Source: Diplonema japonicum
Taxonomy: Eukaryota > Protista > Euglenozoa: Diplonemea
Length of the DNA: 64,000 nucleotides
Direction of reading: 5' to 3'
Assembly: GCA_964019335.1 (NCBI GenBank)
Contig: OZ025674.1
Coordinates: 496,001-560,000, forward strand
The position numbers and the translations under genes were made by a program. This document shows, piece after piece, positions 25,515-39,150 of the stretch. How positions within the stretch are numbered: position 1 is the stretch's first letter; each line of letters begins with the position of its first letter. Under the pieces are notes generated by a model. That model saw nothing but the letters and a program-made list of their open reading frames with translations. It had not been told where the DNA came from and searched no databases.

Positions 25515-25965
25515 AGCGAAGCAAATACTGTGAAATAGGGGGACCACCCTGCCAACTTGCAATTTGCCATGCCTTTCTTTGTCTTGTGCCGGCTGTTGTC
25601 GCAGTCTGACACTAGTGTGCGAAGGAGGATTCAACAAAACAGAAGCAGAAGAACAAAGGCAAAAAGAAAAGGAAGCAGGTGAATGGGGGTCTGTCCAGTT
25701 TGTCCATCCGGCATTTTTTGTTTCACAGTATTTATTTCTTTTTGACTTTGGTTGGGGTATACTGACACACCCCCCCCCCCCCCCCGGATTTTTTATTAAA
25801 AGGGGTCTTCACGTCGGTGATGCAAAAAAAAAAAAAAAAAAAAAACGCAAAAACCCTTCACTTAATTAAATTGTCATCAGTGCGAGTATGCAAAAACATT
25901 TCTTTTTTTTATTTATTTGTCGGCCCTTGCTAAGTAGGGATATGACAGTTAAAAAAGAAGAAAGT

Positions 25966-26001
<36 letters not shown>

Positions 26002-26379
26002 ATTAAAAAAAAAAAACGAGGAAAGAAAAAAAAGCATTTCACCCCATCGTCTGGAAAAAAAAAGGGGGGGTTTTTTTTTTCTTCTTTCCTTTTTTTTTTC
26101 CAGAAGAGGTTTTATGGCCTTATCATCTTCCCCTCTTATTTTTTTTCTTCGCCAAACTGGTCTGCAAGGGCAAAATATTAGTGAGATATTTGACTCCTAG
26201 AAAGTCCTCGAAAGCTGAAAACTTGGATCAGGTGAGGGGAAAAAGAGAGAGAAAAGAAAAGTAGAAGAGAGAAAAGAAAAACCCACCTCCTCATCCCCCT
26301 AATCACGACATGAAAGAAAAAAAGAAGAAGAAAAAAAAAAAGGAATATTTAATTTTTTCAAAATTCTATTTTTTTTTTT

Positions 26380-27100
26380 TGTCTGGAATTGCACGCGATT
26401 CTGCCGAGAGGACATGACTTTGCGTACCTAGAGAAGCTGCAACGATACTTAGCCGTGGTGGTTGAGAAACGAGACGTAGAGCTCATGCAGAAGGAGGATG
26501 TCAACACACAGCCGCTACCGTGGATTCGAAATGTGGTAGGTAAGAAATGCCCCGTTCCGATAGCTGGCGAGCTCGAAGGAGTGAGCGGGGTCCTGTCCCA
26601 GTACCTGAACCCGCTGCTACAATGGTTGTCACAACTGCGCTGGGTGGAGAAGGACACCACCTCGGAGGTGTCGGCGGTGGAACTAGCCATTGACTTCGAA
26701 TGGACGACCGGAAAGTCTTTGGGAGGCCTGCTGGAAGATAGGGCGCGCAGAATCAAAGCTCTCATCGTAAAGATAAACACAGCATGCAGGGCACGGAAGA
26801 AGCGACGCCCCTTCCCAGCGGACGAGAGAAAAAGAGTGAAGTCCCTCATCGCCATTGGAGGAAAGGCAGCTATTGGTTTCTCCAGGAGGCCTATTTTCGC
26901 CACCCGCTCCACGCACGACAAGCTAATGGAGTTGAAAGCCGCCTACAAGCGGGACCGCATCACACGACTCCGCAAGACGCTCACGGCCTCAATCGGGATG
27001 AAAGCAATGCTCCAGAAGGGGAGTATTAACAGATAGACCCCCCCCTCCCATAGGCGGCCCTCTAGCGGGGGGCTTGTCCTGTACTTTGAGTTTTTTTTTT
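26380..27100 (+). mobile_element. Probable 5'-truncated non-LTR retrotransposon 3' end (215-aa ORF 26389-27036 without its own ATG)
   Basis: The ORF begins abruptly after a T run. CLELHAILP...WLSQLRW...VSAVELAIDFEWTTG resembles protist LINE C-termini from recall (not searched). The 3' UTR has a C7/G6 stem-loop and then poly(T). Confidence 0.5.
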
Positions 27101-27976
27101 TTCTCTTCCAAGTAAGTTTTTTTTTTTTTTTTTTTTTTCATGTTCTAAAAAAAAAAATAAGGGTGGGGTGGGGGGGAGGAGGAGTACAAAGCATAGATAT
27201 TTGTTAAAATGCACTTGCTGTCAACATTCACATTCACTTGAGTATTCCTTCCCTCCCATCGCCATTACCTTGCTTTACATGTAGCGGGAGTATAGCAAGA
27301 GAGGCCTCAAAAAGCCCTCCCGGACAGCGAATGGTCTGACAAGTCCCCTGGCGGCGAAATTCCTAGCAATATTTTTTTTTTCTCTTTTTTTCATTTTTAC
27401 GGTACTTCGACAGTACTCCTTACGTATTTAAAAAAGTACGGAAGATACAAAAAAAAGGGGGGGGGATAAAAAATAAAAAGAAAGCAGTAGTGGCTTCGAG
27501 AACTGATACCCTGCCCTTTCTTTGATAGGAAGTACCTTTTTTGTCCCAAAAAAGGCGCTTCCTAACAGTTTTTTTTTTATTTTTTCTTTTCAAACAAAAA
27601 AAAAAAAAACAACCAAAAAGAAATGCCAACCTCAAGGACGAAAAGGGGGGGGGTGGGTGACTTTTTTTTTTTTATACTATTCACCTCATTAAACGGCGAT
27701 TTTTAATGGTAGGTCTGATGGCAACTTTCCAGCTTTCTCTCCCTTACTCCAACGAAGGAAAATAGGGTGTTTCAAGAAAGGGAGGGCTGTATAAATCCCC
27801 TCTACCCCCGTCGCCCTGCCCTTAGGTATAGATTACTTCACGTTATATTTCGTTGTGTGATGTATGTTAGGCTAGTCAAACAAAAGCCAATTGTTTTCAT
27901 TTTCTTGCGCTATTTTCTTTTTTCTTTTTTTTTTTTTGTCACAAGCAAGCACATTAATTTATCTTGCTTCACATGC

Positions 27977-28015
<39 letters not shown>

Positions 28016-29064
28016 GAAAAAAAAAGACAAAGGAGTGGGGGGGAGAGAAAATAAAAAAACAACTTTTTTTTTTGTACAGGCAAACATGGTTTTAGCTTTG
28101 CTGACAATAGAGTTAAAATGAAAAATTAATTTTTTTTTTTTTTTTTTGATGCCCCAAACTTGTACCCATACCGTCCTCCTTTGATAGCTTTTTTTTCCTT
28201 TTTTTTTTTTCCCCCTTTTTTTTTTCCCCATACATTTTCTTCTGTTCACTTGTCACCAGTCCGCTTTATATTTAGTCCATTTTTTTTTTATACTCTCTTA
28301 CAAAAAATAGCTGAGGAAAGGGAGAAGATGAGGAGGCGGGAGACATTTCGCCTTTTTTTTTGCAAGAACGACTCTTTGACTTGTCTAAACAAAAGGGGAA
28401 CGTTGGCAACGTGTTTCGGGTTGACAAACTTCTCCAGGTTTTACCCGGCACGTACAAACAACGGCCAGTTCCTCTTTTTTTTTTTTTGCGTAGGTAAGCT
28501 GTGTAGTGTGGTGATGCTAGAGGTGAGTGGTGTCACCTCTCTGTGTGCACGCTGAGATGGGGCAACCCGCTCTTAAGCCCGCCGACTCCCACTACCCGCC
28601 ATGGAGAAATCTGTCTTTTTTCTTCCTTCATATGTTCCCCTTTCTGAATGTCGGCTTTTTTTTTTTTTTTTTTGCTTTTTCTTTTTCTTTCTTACCCACA
28701 CCTCCCACAACTACCTCTTCTTTTTTTTTTTTCTCTTTTTCTCTCCCCCTTGCTCTGCTTTTGGTTGCAAACTTGTGCTTTTAAAAACAAGCAAGACCGC
28801 TCGTGTTTTTTTTTTTATATTATTTCTTCCCCTCCCCTCCCTGTTACCTTAACAACCCAACATATTTTCTTTTTTTTATATTTCTCCCCCCCCCTTCTCC
28901 CTGCCCCTTCCCTCCCCCCTCTCGATCGCCCTGTTACTTTTTTTTTATATCTCTTTTATGAATTTACTGTTCTTTTTTTTTTTTTTTTTGCTTCCCTCTA
29001 ATAGAATATAATTATCATTAAAAGCGTCCAGTCCCCCCTACTGACTCTGGAAAGAAAAGATGGA

Positions 29065-32000
29065 ATGAGCGGCACTATCACACATGTGAAGGATTTGGAA
29101 AAGGATGGAACGGCATCTGTGTGGTCATACTTGATAGGACTGCAGGGAGAAGGGAAGCAAAGGTATTCCCCCGTCTTCAAGGTGAGCAGGGCTAAGTGGC
29201 GGCTGCTCATCCAGGCAGTGAACAAGGACTTCGGGGTTTACGTGGAATGCCAGGGGTGCGACGTTGAACCGAACGAAAAGTGGGAGGTCGTAGCCCATTT
29301 CCAACTGGAAACAATCCAACGTTCAGGAGAGCCCGGGATCGTCAACTGGGCCCGGCATACCTTCACCTCTAAAACACCGAGTTTAGGGTTCTCCACACAA
29401 ATCCCAATCAAAACAGTGACCGACACCAAGAACACGTACATCCTTGAGGACAGCAAAGGTAGGCCGCATGTCGAGATCCGAGTGACGATCAAAGACCATC
29501 GCCTCATGTCGACCCCGTCGCCGCTTTACCAGGGCATCAAGAACCAGGGTGCGACGTGTTACCTCAACTCCCTTTTGCAGACGCTCTTCCATCTTAACCA
29601 GTTCCGCAGTGCGACCTACGCCCTTGCCAACTCATCCATCTCCTATCCGACAGACTTGAAAAAGACGATCCCCTACTGTCTCGCGCGTCTCTTCTACCAC
29701 CTCGAACGCGGGACAACCCCCGCCTCCTCCCTTGCCCTTACGGACTCTTTCGGTTGGGGCCGTGCAGACGCCTTCGAACAGCACGACGTGCAGGAGCTCG
29801 CCAGGAAGCTCATCGACACGCTCGAGACAAAGATGAAGGAGACCAGCCTCTCTGGTGTGATGAAAGGCCTGTTCCTCGGGCGGGGGCGCAACTACGTCAA
29901 GTGCGTCAACGTTGACTTTCAAAGCAGCCGCGAGGAGGAGTTCTACGACATCCAGCTGTGCGTGCGGGGCTGCGGAGGGATACACGGAAGCTTCAGAAAG
30001 GAACTAAAACAAGAGTTCCTCACAGGGGACAACGCGTACCATGCTTTCGACGAGCATACTGGGATGAACAGCATGCAGGAGGCAAAGAAGGGCATGGAGT
30101 GGCTGAGCTTCCCACCAGTGCTCTTCCTCCACCTGCGCAGGTTCGAGTACGACTACACAACAGACGGGTTCGTGAAGGTAGCAGACAGGTTTGAGTTCAG
30201 CGAGGACCTTGACCTGCGGCCGTATTGGCAGACTGAGACGAGCAAGGTGGGGCACCAGGGGGCCTTCCCCACAGTGCAGGAGGTCGATTGCAAGTACAAG
30301 CTGCACGCTGTGCTCGTGCACTCAGGGACGGTGGTGGGCGGTCACTACTACGCCTTCGCGCAGCTGGGCGGGAAGTGGTACAAGTTCGACGACACGGTGG
30401 TGACAGAAGCCACGCAGGACGAGGCTGTTGGCGAGAACTTCGGAGGGAACGAGGGCGACGAGCGGTTCTGGTTGAACAACAAGTCATCGGGCAGCAGCAC
30501 GTCGGCGTATATGTTGGTGTACGTGAAGGCCAGCGCTGTGGATGAGATCTGCGGGCAGAAGACTGTCATCCCGACCCCGCTGCTGGAGGAGTTCAAGAAA
30601 GATGACGAAGAGCAACGCGAGCGGCAGAAGGAGAGGGAGGAAGCCTATCTGTACTACACCTTACACATAACAACAGAAGAGGACTTCAGAGAATACGACG
30701 AGGAGAGCAGCTATTTACATGCTGACCTGAAGAAGAAAAAGTGGTTGAGCCCGAACCCCTTGAAGGTGCTGAAGACATGGACATACGGGGACATGCTCAA
30801 GGTCGTCAACAGGCATCTGAACAAAGACGAGGACGCACGAACAAGGCTGTGGGTGTGGTGCGAGAGGAACAACGACACCGAGCGGCCTTGGGGACCGTTG
30901 GTGACGCTAAACACGTATGACCCTCCTTGCAGATTGGTCACATCTGGGACGCCGATCGAAGGCATCTTCAAGGGTGTCAACAGTGCAGAGGTAGTGCACT
31001 TGCACGCTGATGAAGGCCCTCCTTTGAAGTCCAACGAAATCCTCCTCTTCGTGAAGTCATACGACCCCCTCACGGCTACACTGGCATATGCTGGCAGCAT
31101 TGCCATCTCTGCATCGAAGCGGGTCCACGACTTAGCAATCAAGATTAACAAAATGGTGGGAAACCCTTCAGCAACGCAGCTCTCTCTGTGGGAGGAGTCG
31201 CGGAAATCTCTTATCATCCCCTTGGACAGGCAGACACCCCTCCAGGAGTACGAGCTTGGCACGGGTGACATCATCATCTACTACAAAGCGCAGGAGGGTG
31301 TTTCCCCTGAAGTGAAGCAGCCTCCTGACGCGTTTCTTTACATGCTCACCCGGAAGGTATGTGCACACCCTGTCGCACACAACACACAAGACGGTGCGCA
31401 TTGTGGAGCTCAACAAGCAGAAGGACACCACTGCCGTCGAGATGTGCTCCCACTACACGTACGCTGACATCGTGAGCACCATAGCAGAGGCCGTGCATGT
31501 GCCATCTACACATATTAGGCTTCACTACTTAGGAAGGGCACTGAAAGAGAACGACCACCTAGAGCTTACGTTGGATCAGGTACTTTTGAATCAGAAGGAA
31601 AGAAAAGGTAGTCAACACACAACAGCTTCTAACCTACAACGACATCGTGGAGTACGAGGCTCTTAGCATGCCTGTGAGGGACTTGCTGATGAACTTAGAG
31701 GTAAATCCTTTTTTTATATATGGCATCGTTTCAAAACCCCCCCCCCCCCCCCCAAAATGAGGCCAATTGACACTTTCAATATTTCTCTAAGTACTTTTTC
31801 CCAAAGAAAAAAAATTCTACAACTTTCCCGGCCCAGGTAAGGAAAGAAAACACCCCAGAAAATGGGAAAGTGAGTGTTACTAGTACCCAGAAAATTCAGT
31901 CCTAGGGGCAAAAATGGGTTTTTTCACTTTGCACAAATTCAGTAAAAGAGGGGGTGACAAAAATGGATGCTTTTAAACTTGCTGTTGAGAAGCTAGGGGT

Positions 32001-34113
32001 AAAAAAAAATGGTATTCGGACCGAGAAAGGGTAAATGGGAACACCACGGCGATCAGGACACTCGCCACAGAGGTTTTTGAGAAGCTCAGTGGCAACGACT
32101 GTGCTGCACTAGTTTGTGAAGTGGTGTGTAAAAGGGAACTTCTAGCGGCACTTCTGCTATCATTTTCTGGTTGATTTAGTAGCCAACAAGACACCACACG
32201 GCGCCAATTGGTCGGAGGCATGAGGCTTGACCACATCACACATGATGAAATAAGGGCAGCTGGCCTTACTGTTGGAAAAGTCTTGTTCCACAGTAGCATG
32301 GGCACAGGAAAAAATAAAGAAAAAAATGGAGTGGATACTCTGGACTGACGGTGGGCGTCACTTTCGTGCAAAGGAATTTTGCTACTTTGTTCTTTTTGGT
32401 CTTCGTTTTGTATATCCCGATCGGACGTTTTCCCTGTGGTTTCTGGGGGAGAAACACGGCAAAAACAACAGGGACAGCCACTTTGGTGTGCTCTCTCGTG
32501 TTTGGTTTTGGGTGCCTCGTTCCACAACAATTAAAACTGTGGAACAAATAGCTAACATCACCAATACGATACAGTGTGCCGTGCATGTAGTTACTGATGT
32601 CTTTGGCCCGTACAAAAAGAAAATTCTTGAGTTTCCGGATTTTACAGGTGCATATGAGCTCAGGAGCACACCGGAGGGTGTATTTGCTACGTGTGCGTCC
32701 ACGAGCTAGAAGGAACTAAAGTACATCATCAAAGAACTCGATGCAGACAGGGCAGAGAAAAGGCCCCCAGTCTATGAATCTTGTGATGAGTATGAGGACG
32801 TTCCTGATAGCCTTCCCGGACTTGAAAAACGAGAAAGAATGGTAACAAAATTACGAAAATACTCGCCACCCCATGACAAGCCCAAAGCACAAGTACACCT
32901 ACGAATGAGCCTCTTAAAACCCCCCCAAAATGCGGTAGAAGGCCTAATAGTATGAAAAAGAAACGAGGTCGCCCACTCAGCAGCAGCACATCTCAGCCGC
33001 AGAAGACTAGGAAATGAAGGTTTCCACTTCCAACATCATTTCAGCCACCTTCTAGCAGTGAGTTTCGCTATTTCTTGCTATTGAAAGCATAATCTCTGAC
33101 TTTACCAAAACCACTAAAACCCGATTTTGACCCTAAGACTGAATTTTTCATAGGTCAAAATAGCACCCTTGAGCGATTTCTGACCCGGGTTCTTTCCTAA
33201 TATGGGCCGGGAAATATGGAGAATTTTTTTTAAAGGGGGCGGCATGCCCAAAGATGCAACGAAAGTGTCAATTGGCCTCATTGGGGGGGGGGTTTTTGAA
33301 ATCGACCCATATGTTCTTTCGTGGAAAAAAAAGAAAACAGGTTCCCATCAAGCATTATAACAAAGTGGTGTTGGTGAAGCAGCTGAAGTTAATCATGCGA
33401 AATGAAGCTACTGCCGGGCAGGCACTGGGGGAGATCTCGAAGTGTCTGAACGAGGGGGCGGCAAACAGCAACGGTAACGGCACAACCAACGGGAGCTGTA
33501 GCAACAATGGGGCTGGTGATGTCGTGGACCCTTTGCAACTAAGGCTGGTGAAGGTAAGGAGAAAGCGAATAGAGGCCGTCTTGGGCCATACCGACTACCT
33601 GAGGTTCCATGTTTGCCAGGTAGGAGAACGGGAAAAATAAAAAAAGAGGAACAAAACCCTACACACACACAGGACGTTTCTTTCGCATCTGACAAGGTTG
33701 CTGACCAGCCCACCAACAGCACCACTGTGTCTGTGTGTCATGTTGAACGGCAGTGGGCTGGCCATCACGTGTTAAACATGCACTCAACACCATTCTTGTC
33801 TTATATTTGCCCTGGTGAGACCGCAACCGACTTGCTCACCAGACTGGCCAAGGTGATGAACGTGACCAAAGAGGCCCGAATCAAGGGGTGGAAGCTTCTC
33901 CTCATCAACGTGCAACAAGGTCGAGAGGTGGCTCTGTGTTCTTTAGAGGACGATGCCTTGCCTTGCATACAGGAGGCCCTCCAGAAGAACCATATCCGCG
34001 AGCCCCTTGACGTCTTTAAGCAGAACTTCCCCCTCACCGTTCACATAGGCATCGAGCACAGGGACGAGGGACGCAGGACAGGCGAGAAGGGCGTTGAGAT
34101 AAAAGGGATATGA
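29065..34113 (+). CDS. USP7: Ubiquitin carboxyl-terminal hydrolase 7-like (MATH, USP and UBL domains), about 1091 aa; introns 31357-31390, 31580-31625, 31701-33340, 33620-33672
   Basis: N-terminal MATH domain, Cys box GIKNQGATCYLNSLLQ, His box LVHSG..GGHYYAF..WYKFDD. Four GT-AG introns restore one frame to the stop at 34113. Confidence 0.9.
31722..33308 (+). mobile_element. Sola-like DNA transposon remnant inside USP7 intron 3
   Basis: ATAT TSD at 31718-31721 and 33309-33312, GG...CCC termini, and ~200-bp imperfect TIRs (31722-31925 vs 33117-33308, including AATGAGGCCAATTGACACTTTC). ORF 32272-32709 has the WTDGGRHF...HGKNNRDSHFG DDD-type motif. Confidence 0.8.
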
Positions 34114-34542
34114 AAGGAAAGGCGTGCTCAGAAAAATATATAATATAAAGGAAAGAGCCCCAATGAGAGGGGACATATACACAAAATAAAAACCCGAAGG
34201 TGGGATGGGAAGGGGACCGGGGGGGCATAGTGTTTCTTCTTCTTTTTTTTTGTTTTGTTTTTGTTTCTCTTTTAGTCGTTCTTTTTGCCACCCTTTCCCT
34301 TTCCTTGCCTCCAACAGAAACAAAAGAAAAAGAAGAAAAGGAATTTGTCCAGTTGGTGTTTTCTTTCCCCCCCCCCTTGTTCATTCTGCTTCACCCATAT
34401 GCATGCCCTGCCAACCTGAAGGTCCCGACCGCGTCCTGATACAGGTGCTAGTCTTTAGGACAGGTAAGGTCCATGCCGTTGTGTATTTTTTCCTCCACCA
34501 TTTCGATTCCACTGACTCGGTACAAGCACCACAGGGGGTCAT

Positions 34543-37459
34543 ATGCGGTGCAGGGGCACGGCACGGCTGTTTGCCAGACGATGTGCGTCCTCCACGTCCA
34601 CAGCAGCACCTGCACACGAGGTGCACTTCAAGCATGTGGACTGTACGAATTTTTATGATGCGAAGGTGGAACTAGCGGAAGCGCTGCAGAGGGCGGCGTT
34701 TGTCAGTCTGGACTGCGAGTTCACAGGGCTGGACAGGGAACGGCAGCACGGCAAGACGATGCTGCAGTCATCTAACGAGCGGTACACCAGCCTGCGAAAA
34801 GCACTGGTTGGCAAGGGGTTGGGGAGCCGGCGGTTTAATAGGCGGCAGGGGTACCTCATCGTGCAGGTGGGCTTGTCGTGTTTCGAGTGGTGCGAAGTGA
34901 AGCGGCGGTACGAAGTCAAATCATACAGCTTCTACCTCTCCCCGCGGCCCATGTCGCGCCTCACGGGGAACGTCAAGGTCGAGCACGACCTGCACTTCGG
35001 GTGCATGGCGTCCGCTCTGAAGTTCCTCTCCACCCACGGCTTCGACTTCAACAAGTGGCTCAACCACGGCGTCCCTTTCATGTCACGCGCGGCATACGTC
35101 GCTGAACGTGACAAGCTCGACATCCGCAGAGCACACAGCGATGACGACCTTGAAGAAGCCCGAGGCTTCCTCGAGATATGGGATACCCTCATCGCTGCAA
35201 GGAAGCCTCTCGTCGGCCACCAGTGCCTTCTAGACTTCCTCTACCTCTGGAACCAGCTGGAGGGACCCCTCCCATCCAGCCTCTCGCAGTTCATCCGCTC
35301 CCTGTCATCCAAGATATCCCTTGCCATCGACACCAAACACATTATCAGTGCCTACCCCAAGGATCTGGTCGTTGTTCTTGAAGATAAGATTACTCGTCTG
35401 CGGGACGAGAGGCTTCGCACGGCACGCCCTGACCTAGCCGAGAAGGAGGCGTCGTGCAAAAGAATCCTGAAGCACCTAAGCAGAGGGTCGAGCGGGCTCA
35501 AAACCTTAACACTGACGGAGCTGTACTCCCTGTCGGAGCCGCTCATGAAGGAAGTGATGCCGGTCATGTCTGCGTCGGACCTCATTGCGCACGACGCGGG
35601 TGCCGACTCGTACATGACGGGCGTCGTCTACGCTTGTCTGCACTCGCTGCTGCACATGCCTGGCACGCCACCCACGTCGGAGTTCATCCTAAGGAACCAC
35701 ACGAAGCGGAACACGGCGCACCCTGCGATTGGCTCCCCCCGGTCCTTCACCTACTCTAACAAGCTACACGTCTTTGCGTCGCCCTTCTCCTACAACACCG
35801 TCTCGGCCGTGCCTACCATTAAGGACACGCATGAGAACACCATCGTCATAGTGCCCCCCTTTGGCGGCCTGCTTGACTGCAACAGGATCACACAGGTATG
35901 ACTCGCGACTAAAGGAAGAAACGCTCACAGTTGCTCTCCTCTTGCAATCCCCACGCCGACCTGTTTTGGGTTGAGTTCCAACGGGTGGCTGTTGTCAACC
36001 TGTACCGCCGGGAGGGTATGCACAACTGCCAAGCAAAAGCAAAAAAAAAAAACAGGTGACGCAGCAGACGTTGTGGCCGCCTTCAAGAAAGAAGTGCTGC
36101 CGTACCGGTGGGAGGTGCACACGGCGATGGAGTGGCGGGAAAAAACACGGCCACCAAAGGCAGGAAAGAAGAAGCGAGACAAGGCAAAGAGGCTGAGGTG
36201 GCTTAGGAATAAGCTGCGAGCGTCGAAGGGCGCAAACATGGAGATGAACGTGGCGGTGAACAGGTTGCAAGACGTGAAGCAGCAGTCGGCACAGAGGCTG
36301 CAGGAGTTGATGGACGCGCAACGGGATTTAAAAAAGCTGCAAGGGATGGAGAAGGCCCTGCAAGACGCAGAGAACAACCTGCAGTCGTCGAAATCAACGT
36401 TAAGCAAGCTACAAAAGAAACAGGAACAGCTGAAAGAGAACAACAGCTCAACAGAGGCAGGCAAGGAAGCTTTGGAGAAGAAGAGCGAAGCGCTCTCACG
36501 GGGATTGGAGAACTACAAACAACAAGCAGACGCACTGCGCATCCAACTTGCAGACGCAGTCTCAAGAACGGAACGTGTGGAGCGTGACTTGAAGGACGCA
36601 CAGGTAAAACAAGACGTAGCGGAAATGGCAGCAGCAGAGGCAACCGCGAAGCTAGCAAGGGTACAGGCAACAAAGCAAACAAGGGAGAACAGCCAGCAAG
36701 CCAACCAAGACAACGAGAAGATTCTGAAGATGAAACAACAGCGGGCTGCGAAGCAAGCAGAGACTCCGCGCGACAGGAAATTCAAAAAGAACCCCGTTCA
36801 GGACGACAGCTCCAACACCGCTCCCAGGAAGCTGGACCACACGACTACAAAGAAAACAAGCACCGTGGTGGAGCAGCGTTCAGGACAATGGTTGATCGAG
36901 AAGAAGGAGGGGAAGAAGGACGCCCCCCTCGACATCTCCCTAGTAGTCGAGAAGAAACACCTCACGCTTGAGATGCGGGATGCTAAACACGTGCGGGTCT
37001 TCATCAACGGAACTGTTGGCTCTGTTACCTTCACATCTTGCGAGCATGTCCACATATTCTGCGAAGCGACAGTGACAGAGCCCTCCAAGACGTGGTCATG
37101 GAAAGACACACAGAGAGTGTCTGGGCCTCGTATATTCTACTATGGCTCTGATAAGGGGAACATCAAGATCGACGTTCTTCCTAAAGAGAAGTGGCCTGAC
37201 AGGAAAGGGAGCGAAACGCACATTGCCGCGCGAGTCAAGAAAGACCTCAACGAAAGCGTCAAGAAGAAGGTGCGCCAGCTCGATGTTATGCGGTCCATTG
37301 TATTCTTCATCACCATTGCCATGGTCTTCCAGGTATGAGTGAGGGGGGGAAAATAAATAACAATTTCTTTTAAAGATCATCCTTACATCAATGGCAACCC
37401 CGCCGCATCTAGCAGGGCAAGGGAACAAACTGCTTCAGCGGGAAAGAGAGGATAAATAA
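34543..37459 (+). CDS. PARN/CAF1-family DEDDh 3'-5' ribonuclease with mitochondrial-type presequence, RRM-like region, coiled coil, CAP C-terminal-like beta-helix and C-terminal TM (about 932 aa; introns 35896-35930, 36016-36055, 37333-37375)
   Basis: Motifs LDCEFTG, GHQCLLDF and AHDAGADSYMTG. Three GTATG..AG introns join ORFs 34543 and 35971 in frame. Confidence 0.8.
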
Positions 37460-37929
37460 TAATTTAAAAAAAAAGAGAAAAAAAGATATTTAGTGTTTGT
37501 AGTTGAGCTGGGGGGGGGGGGGGGGGGGAGTTCTTTTTCGTTCCCCCCCCCTCCCTTGACTCTCCATTCACCGTTAAAAAAAAAAGAAGGCAACCGACAT
37601 ATTTTTTTTGAAGAGTTTTTTGTCTTTTCCCTGAGAGGTAAAAAGAATCAATTGAGGGGGGAAGCGGCTTGTTTGCGCTGTTGCTCTTTTTTTTTTTCCT
37701 TCTTTGCTTTTTCTTTTCTTTTTTAGTGTGTTTTTTTTTTTTGTTGTTGTTGGTGAGTCGTTTATTTTTGCTAACACTGCTCCCCAATCAAATACTTTTT
37801 TCTCTTTTCTTGGGGATATTCTTTCTTTCTTTTTCCGTCCCCCCCCCTCTCTTTTCCGCTCAAACAAAAGAAAAAAAACCCCCCCAGGGAGGGACTACAC
37901 AAAAAGTTTGAAAAGAAAAAAAGAGAAAA

Positions 37930-38423
37930 ATGCCTCAGAACGAGCATATTGAGTTGGCAAGGAAGCGACATGGGTACCGTTTAGATCACTTCGAGAGAGA
38001 GTATGCCAAATCCCAAAAAAAAAAAAAAAAAAAAAAAAAAAACAGGCGCAAGCGAGAGGCGCGATTGGTGCATAAGAGAGCCGAGTTCCTTCAGAAGGTG
38101 AAGGGTGGCAGGGCGAAATTGGTACAGAAGGCGAGGTACCAGGAGAAGGCCGAGATGAAGAAAAAGATAAAGGCGCATGAAGAAAAGCAATCCTCGGAGA
38201 AAAAAGCTGACGTCGGGCCCAAGCACGCCGTGCCCGCATACATGATGGACAGGGAGAACATTAACAGCGCGAAAATAAGGTCCGAGACAGTAAAGCAGAA
38301 ACGGAAGGAAAAAGCCGGAAAATGGGATGTTCCTATACCAAAGGTGAAGGCTATGACTGAAGACGACATGTTCAAGGTGATGAAGAGCGGTAAGAGACAG
38401 AACAGTCAATGGTACTGAGGGAA

Positions 38424-38454
<31 letters not shown>

Positions 38455-38912
38455 CAGGAAGCGTATGATCAACAAGGCGTCCTTTGTTGGGGAGAACTTC
38501 ACAAGGAAGTCACCCAAATACGAGCGATTCATCCGACCAATGGCACTCCGGTATGGGTTCTTTGTGTGTTGTGTAAATTACTTTTTTTTTTTTTTGCACA
38601 GATTCAAGAAGGCACACGTAACGCATCCCGAACTGAAGACCACCTTCTGCCTCCCTATCATCGGCGTTAAGAAGAACCCGCAAAGCCGGATGTACACCAC
38701 TCTTGGTGTCATCACCCGGGGTACAATTGTGGAGGTCAACACTAGCGAGCTTGGATTGGTCACACCTGGTGGTAAGGTATGTGTTTAAACTGAATTGATA
38801 AGGGGAACAAAAACAAAAAAACAAAAATTAACAGATTGTCTGGGGTAAGTACGCCCAGGTGACGAACCACCCTGAGAACGACGGATGCATTAACGCCCTG
38901 CTGCTGGTGTAA
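37930..38912 (+). CDS. NSA2: Ribosome biogenesis protein NSA2 (260 aa; introns 38001-38045, 38412-38457, 38551-38601, 38777-38834)
   Basis: MPQNEHIE.., [35 protein letters not shown] and [23 protein letters not shown]. The spliced length is 783 nt. Confidence 0.95.
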
Positions 38913-39150
38913 GAGCCGGGGGGGAAAGCGACAAAAAAGAAAGGAAGAAGTATCAATCATTATCCCTCCCTCCCCTTGCCCTTTTTTTTTTTTTTTTTCT
39001 TTTTTTTTTTCCGGTTTCCTCCCTCGTTCCTCCCATAGTCACTCTTCCCGTGACCTCCCCTCCGTCGTCCCAAAACATATCAGTTTTGTTTAAAAAGGCT
39101 TCTATTCTCTTAACGTTCAGCTGCATCTCTTAACACTTTAGGTGGACATC

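Noticed and set aside
14000-29000. Many 60-220 aa ORFs rich in K/F/P/G
   Set aside because: They are translations of homopolymer runs with no coding signature.
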